Origin: Raphidiopsis brookii D9
Lineage (GTDB): Bacteria; Cyanobacteriota; Cyanobacteriia; Cyanobacteriales; Nostocaceae
Reading direction: 5' to 3'
DNA length: 32,000 bases
Assembly (NCBI GenBank): GCA_000175855.1
Contig: ACYB01000038.1
Coordinates: 90,001 to 122,000, forward strand
Shown: one piece after another, positions 28,829 through 32,000 of the stretch
Layout: each line of letters opens with the position of its first letter
How positions within the stretch are numbered: the first letter of the stretch is position 1
Made by a program: the position numbers and the translations under genes
The notes under the pieces: model-generated
Databases searched by the model: none
Seen by the model: the letters and a program-made list of their open reading frames with translations, nothing else
What the model was told of the DNA's origin: nothing

Positions 28829-29602
28829 TCAAGTTTCTCCAGTAAGACCTAATTTGACAATCACCGGAAAATGATCCGATGGCCATATACCCTCCCATCG
28901 CTGATCGTCAATAATCACGTGATTAATTTGCCAACGGTGATCGCAATATATTGTATCTCTGGCATCCCAAGCTTGACCTGTAAAGTCGTGGAAGGTTTTT
29001 TGTGATTCTAAAGGAAGATTACCCAGAACATCTCTAATTCTATAATTATCAGCGAGAATAATTCTTTCCAGACTCTTAGGACCAGCGTTAAAATCCCCCG
29101 TTAACAATAAATAGTCTTCCATGGGAAAATTCATTAAGCGCAAACTCACTAAACCCGCACCCAACTCCCTAGCTCTACTAACCTCATGATCTAAATGAGT
29201 ATTCATGATGGTCACAGAAAAACCTAAATCCTCCACCATAAAATTGGCCCAAGTGACCATTCTGGGTAAACGAGTCCCCCAGGTAATACTACCGGGAATT
29301 TCTGGGGTGTCACTCAGGTAAAAATCCTGGGTTTCCCTCAGCTGCAACTTTCCTCTCTTATAGAAGATCGCACAATGTTCACCTTTTCCTGTTCCAGTGC
29401 GATCGCCCCCCACAAATTCATAGTCTGGTAAAAGTACCTGTAAATCCCTAAGTTGATGAGGTTGACCCTCCTGGGTCCCCCATAACTCAGGTTGATAATT
29501 TTGGATCATACAGGCGATCGCTCCTACACGCTTTTGCCAACATCTCTCACCCGGATCTGGTTTGTCGCAGCGGAGGTTGAAAGTCATAACTGTGATTTGC
29601 AT
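28829..29602 (-). CDS. Endonuclease/exonuclease/phosphatase family protein (track start 29659; ATG at 29602 preferred)
   Basis: ITVMTFNLRCD, LWGTQEGQPHQL, TIMNTHLDH, LLTGDFNAG, CDHRWQINHVIIDDQR, WPSDHFPVIVKL. Confidence 0.93.
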   Translation of the reverse strand: MQITVMTFNLRCDKPDPGERCWQKRVGAIACMIQNYQPELWGTQEGQPHQLRDLQVLLPDYEFVGGDRTGTGKGEHCAIFYKRGKLQLRETQDFYLSDTPEIPGSITWGTRLPRMVTWANFMVEDLGFSVTIMNTHLDHEVSRARELGAGLVSLRLMNFPMEDYLLLTGDFNAGPKSLERIILADNYRIRDVLGNLPLESQKTFHDFTGQAWDARDTIYCDHRWQINHVIIDDQRWEGIWPSDHFPVIVKLGLTGET

Positions 29603-29661
29603 TACACTACCTAAGTGAATCCCTAGGGAATAATATATAACAAATATATTATTCCTCAAAT

Positions 29662-30378
29662 TTAAACTCTATTATGTTCAGGAGATTCAAACTTGTAACC
29701 ATAACCACGTACTGTTTTAATAAACTCTGGAGTGCTAGAATCAACCTCCATTTTTTTACGCAGTTGACCAATATGAACATCAACAACCCTTCCATCACCC
29801 ACATAGTCACACCCCCAAATTTTTTGAATTAGCTGGGGACGACTCCACGCTTGTCCAGGGTGACAAGCCAAAAAATGTAAAATATTAAACTCTAAAGCAG
29901 TTAAGGCCAAAGGTTTATCATTGAGTGTGACTTCTCGACCTTCTGGGTTGATTGCTAACTGTTTAAAAATAAGACGTTGTGATTGGGTGGGTTGAATATA
30001 ACGTATGCGTCTCAGGAGAGCATTTACTCTCACTTCCACCTCCACTAGACTAAATGGTTTGGTCATAAAATCATCCGCACCACCAGTTAGGACTTTAATT
30101 TTGTCAGTTTCATCATTACGACTGGTGAGCATAAGAACTAAGACATTGGTTCGATTTTGCATATCCTGACAAAGTTTGTAACCATTTATATCTGGTAAGT
30201 TCCAGTCTAGTATTACCAAAGATGGATTAAACTGCTCAAACAATGTCATAGCACTTTTACCATCAGCAGCAGTTTCTGTTTTATATTTTCGACTTAAAAA
30301 GCGATGAACAAGATTTCTGACACTGAAATCGTCATCTACAACCATAATCTTGGGAATATTTGTAGCGATGTTATCCAT
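29662..30378 (-). CDS. OmpR-family response regulator (track start 30510; ATG at 30378 preferred)
   Basis: Receiver KIMVVDDDFSVRNLVHRFL, VILDWNLPDINGY, LMLTSRNDETDKIKVLTGGADDFMTKPF; winged-helix HLQ-type C-terminus VVDVHIGQLRKKMEVDSSTPEFIKTVRGYGYKF. Confidence 0.95.
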   Translation of the reverse strand: MDNIATNIPKIMVVDDDFSVRNLVHRFLSRKYKTETAADGKSAMTLFEQFNPSLVILDWNLPDINGYKLCQDMQNRTNVLVLMLTSRNDETDKIKVLTGGADDFMTKPFSLVEVEVRVNALLRRIRYIQPTQSQRLIFKQLAINPEGREVTLNDKPLALTALEFNILHFLACHPGQAWSRPQLIQKIWGCDYVGDGRVVDVHIGQLRKKMEVDSSTPEFIKTVRGYGYKFESPEHNRV

Positions 30379-30716
30379 AGTCTTGTGCAGATTATTAATT
30401 AACAAATGGTTTTTCTGTTTGTTTGTGATTTTTATACCCAAAAATATTAGTTTCCCTCTGATGCGGTAGGAACAATATTTTATTCTTGGTATAATTGTTT
30501 TGCTATACAATTAGCTTCTTCTGGCGTTTTCCCTGAACTTTAACCAACCAACATTTTAATCGCCAAAAACTGTATCGTGAATGTATGATTTTGGGTATTT
30601 TTTTGTATTTTTTTTTGTATAAAATATTATTAACTTATTATTGTTAACTATTATTATTAACTGGTTAACCCATTTCCAATTCCCCAATTCCAGTAACTTA
30701 TTACTAGTGTCTATGA

Positions 30717-31358
30717 CTAGTGTTCAAATAGGTCTTTGAACTGCAAAAGATCCAAAGAAACTAAAGTAGGTAAAAAACTAAAACACTCCTGTACCAATTG
30801 CCAACGCTCTTCTCTTTGTAACATTTGAGAAAGTTTTTGCTTCAAACTGAGTAAATAGCGTACATCATTAGCAGCATAGCTTAGTTGAGCATCAGATAAA
30901 CTCACCGGGTTCCCCCAGTCTGAACTCTGAGAACTTTTATCCAATTCTAGTTGCTCTAACTCCTGTACAAGCTCCTTTAATCCATGGCGATTTGTATAAG
31001 TACGAGCCAACTTACTGGCAATTTTCGTGCAAAAAACAGGTTGGACATAAATTTTCAGGTTGTGACGCAAAGTAGCCAGATCAAACCTAGCAAAGTGAAA
31101 AACCTTGACAACATGGGTTGATTCTAGAAGTTGTTGTAGGTTAGGAGCGTGGGTTTGTCCCTTAGCAATGCGGACAGCAGTCACCTTACCTTCAGGGTTA
31201 CACAGTTGAACCAGACAGAGACGATCTCGCTGTGGTACCAAACCCATAGTTTCCGTATCCACCGCTAAAGCATCTGACCTTAAATATTCTGACAGGGTAG
31301 GGTGGTCTAGATCCCCATCAAGTACCTGAAAATCATCTAGTGTCATGATTTTTACCAA
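30717..31358 (-). CDS. Ribonuclease D-like 3'-5' exonuclease
   Basis: LAVDTETMGLVPQRDRLCLVQLC, KVFHFARFDLATL, FCTKIASKLARTYTNRHGLKELVQELEQLELDKSSQSSDWGNPVSLSDAQLSYAANDVRYLL (DEDDy motifs). Confidence 0.94.
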   Translation of the reverse strand: MVKIMTLDDFQVLDGDLDHPTLSEYLRSDALAVDTETMGLVPQRDRLCLVQLCNPEGKVTAVRIAKGQTHAPNLQQLLESTHVVKVFHFARFDLATLRHNLKIYVQPVFCTKIASKLARTYTNRHGLKELVQELEQLELDKSSQSSDWGNPVSLSDAQLSYAANDVRYLLSLKQKLSQMLQREERWQLVQECFSFLPTLVSLDLLQFKDLFEH

Positions 31359-31407
31359 AACATTTACAAAACAATTACCTTATGTAATGACCTTATCAGA
31401 AAATCGC

Positions 31408-32000
31408 TTAAAAAGCTGGGGATCTGGGGGAAATTTTTCGGGAGTATCTGAGGGTTGTATTGATAAATATTTGAGTCAGATAAACTTCACCTTTATCATT
31501 TTTAGCTACCCCCACCCCTGTCAGCTGAAACTTCCCTCGAATATTTCGCAAATGTCCCGGACTATTAAGCCAACCAATTATCGCTTGTTTTGCTGGTTCA
31601 TTATACCCTATGTTAAATGCCACATTTTCTGCAGCATTATTATATTTTAAATGGATGGATTTGACCCGTTGCTCAAAACCATGATGGCTAAATTTTACCG
31701 TACCATTAGCCATATTTTGACTATGAATTCTTGCCTGTTTAGTGATGTTTAAATTCAAGGTTAATTTTGATAATCCTTGGGCAACACGATACTGATTAAT
31801 TTGCTCAAAAACCAATTTTTCTAACCTGTTATTATCGTGCTTATTACCCTCATTATTCTGGTGGGAAGCAACAGCTCGGGTGGAACCATTAAATGAGGAA
31901 ATAGATGAGATTTTTTTAGTAACATTGCTAGTGGAAATAGCACCAGTTACCAATCCACTGGTAAGGACAAGTGTAGTTAAACCAATTCCGAAAGCAGTTT
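31408..32000 (-). CDS. CAP (SCP/PR1-like) domain protein, N-terminus extends beyond the window
   Basis: LVFEQINQYRVAQGLSKLTLNLNITKQARIHSQNMANG...FSHHGFEQRVKSI...AENVAFN...AIIGWLNSPGHLRNI; the frame stays open to the window end with signal/TM-like TAFGIGLTTLVLTSGLVTGAIS. Confidence 0.9.
   Translation of the reverse strand, partial: TAFGIGLTTLVLTSGLVTGAISTSNVTKKISSISSFNGSTRAVASHQNNEGNKHDNNRLEKLVFEQINQYRVAQGLSKLTLNLNITKQARIHSQNMANGTVKFSHHGFEQRVKSIHLKYNNAAENVAFNIGYNEPAKQAIIGWLNSPGHLRNIRGKFQLTGVGVAKNDKGEVYLTQIFINTTLRYSRKISPRSPAF

Noticed and set aside
30590-30665. Poly-T and ATTATTA-rich stretch upstream of the response regulator
   Set aside because: Simple AT-rich intergenic sequence; no regular repeat unit or palindromic operator could be supported.

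Overview
This is a cyanobacterial (Nostocales-like) chromosomal segment. Most of it is housekeeping: murC 3' end, murB, YbaB/EbfC, tRNA-Leu(UAA) with a group I intron, ndhL, trpA, a Ser/Thr kinase, mgtE, pyrB, pheT, a nucleotidyltransferase/phosphomannomutase-like fusion, thiC with a TPP riboswitch, a pseudouridine synthase, ctaB/ctaA divergent from coxBAC, an EEP-family protein, an OmpR-type response regulator, an RNase D-like exonuclease and a CAP-domain protein. The most interesting segment is about 7.2-10.95 kb. It holds four co-directional genes, the last three tightly spaced: (i) a protein with a C-terminal J-domain-like HPD module, (ii) a stand-alone VWA protein with a DATGSM MIDAS, (iii) a membrane protein with MotA/TolQ/ExbB-like helices and a coiled-coil-like tail, and (iv) a single-TM protein with an OmpA/MotB-like peptidoglycan-binding domain. 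The last pair resembles ZorA/ZorB of the Zorya defence system, but no helicase or nuclease gene is recognisable. I flag it as a candidate Zorya-like or other proton-motor-like system. Three single-nucleotide homopolymer frameshifts were also found: a YciI-like gene, ctaB and ctaA. The two in ctaB and ctaA occur at the same GCTTTTAATT context. All assignments come from reading the sequence and recalling families; no searches or folding programs were run.
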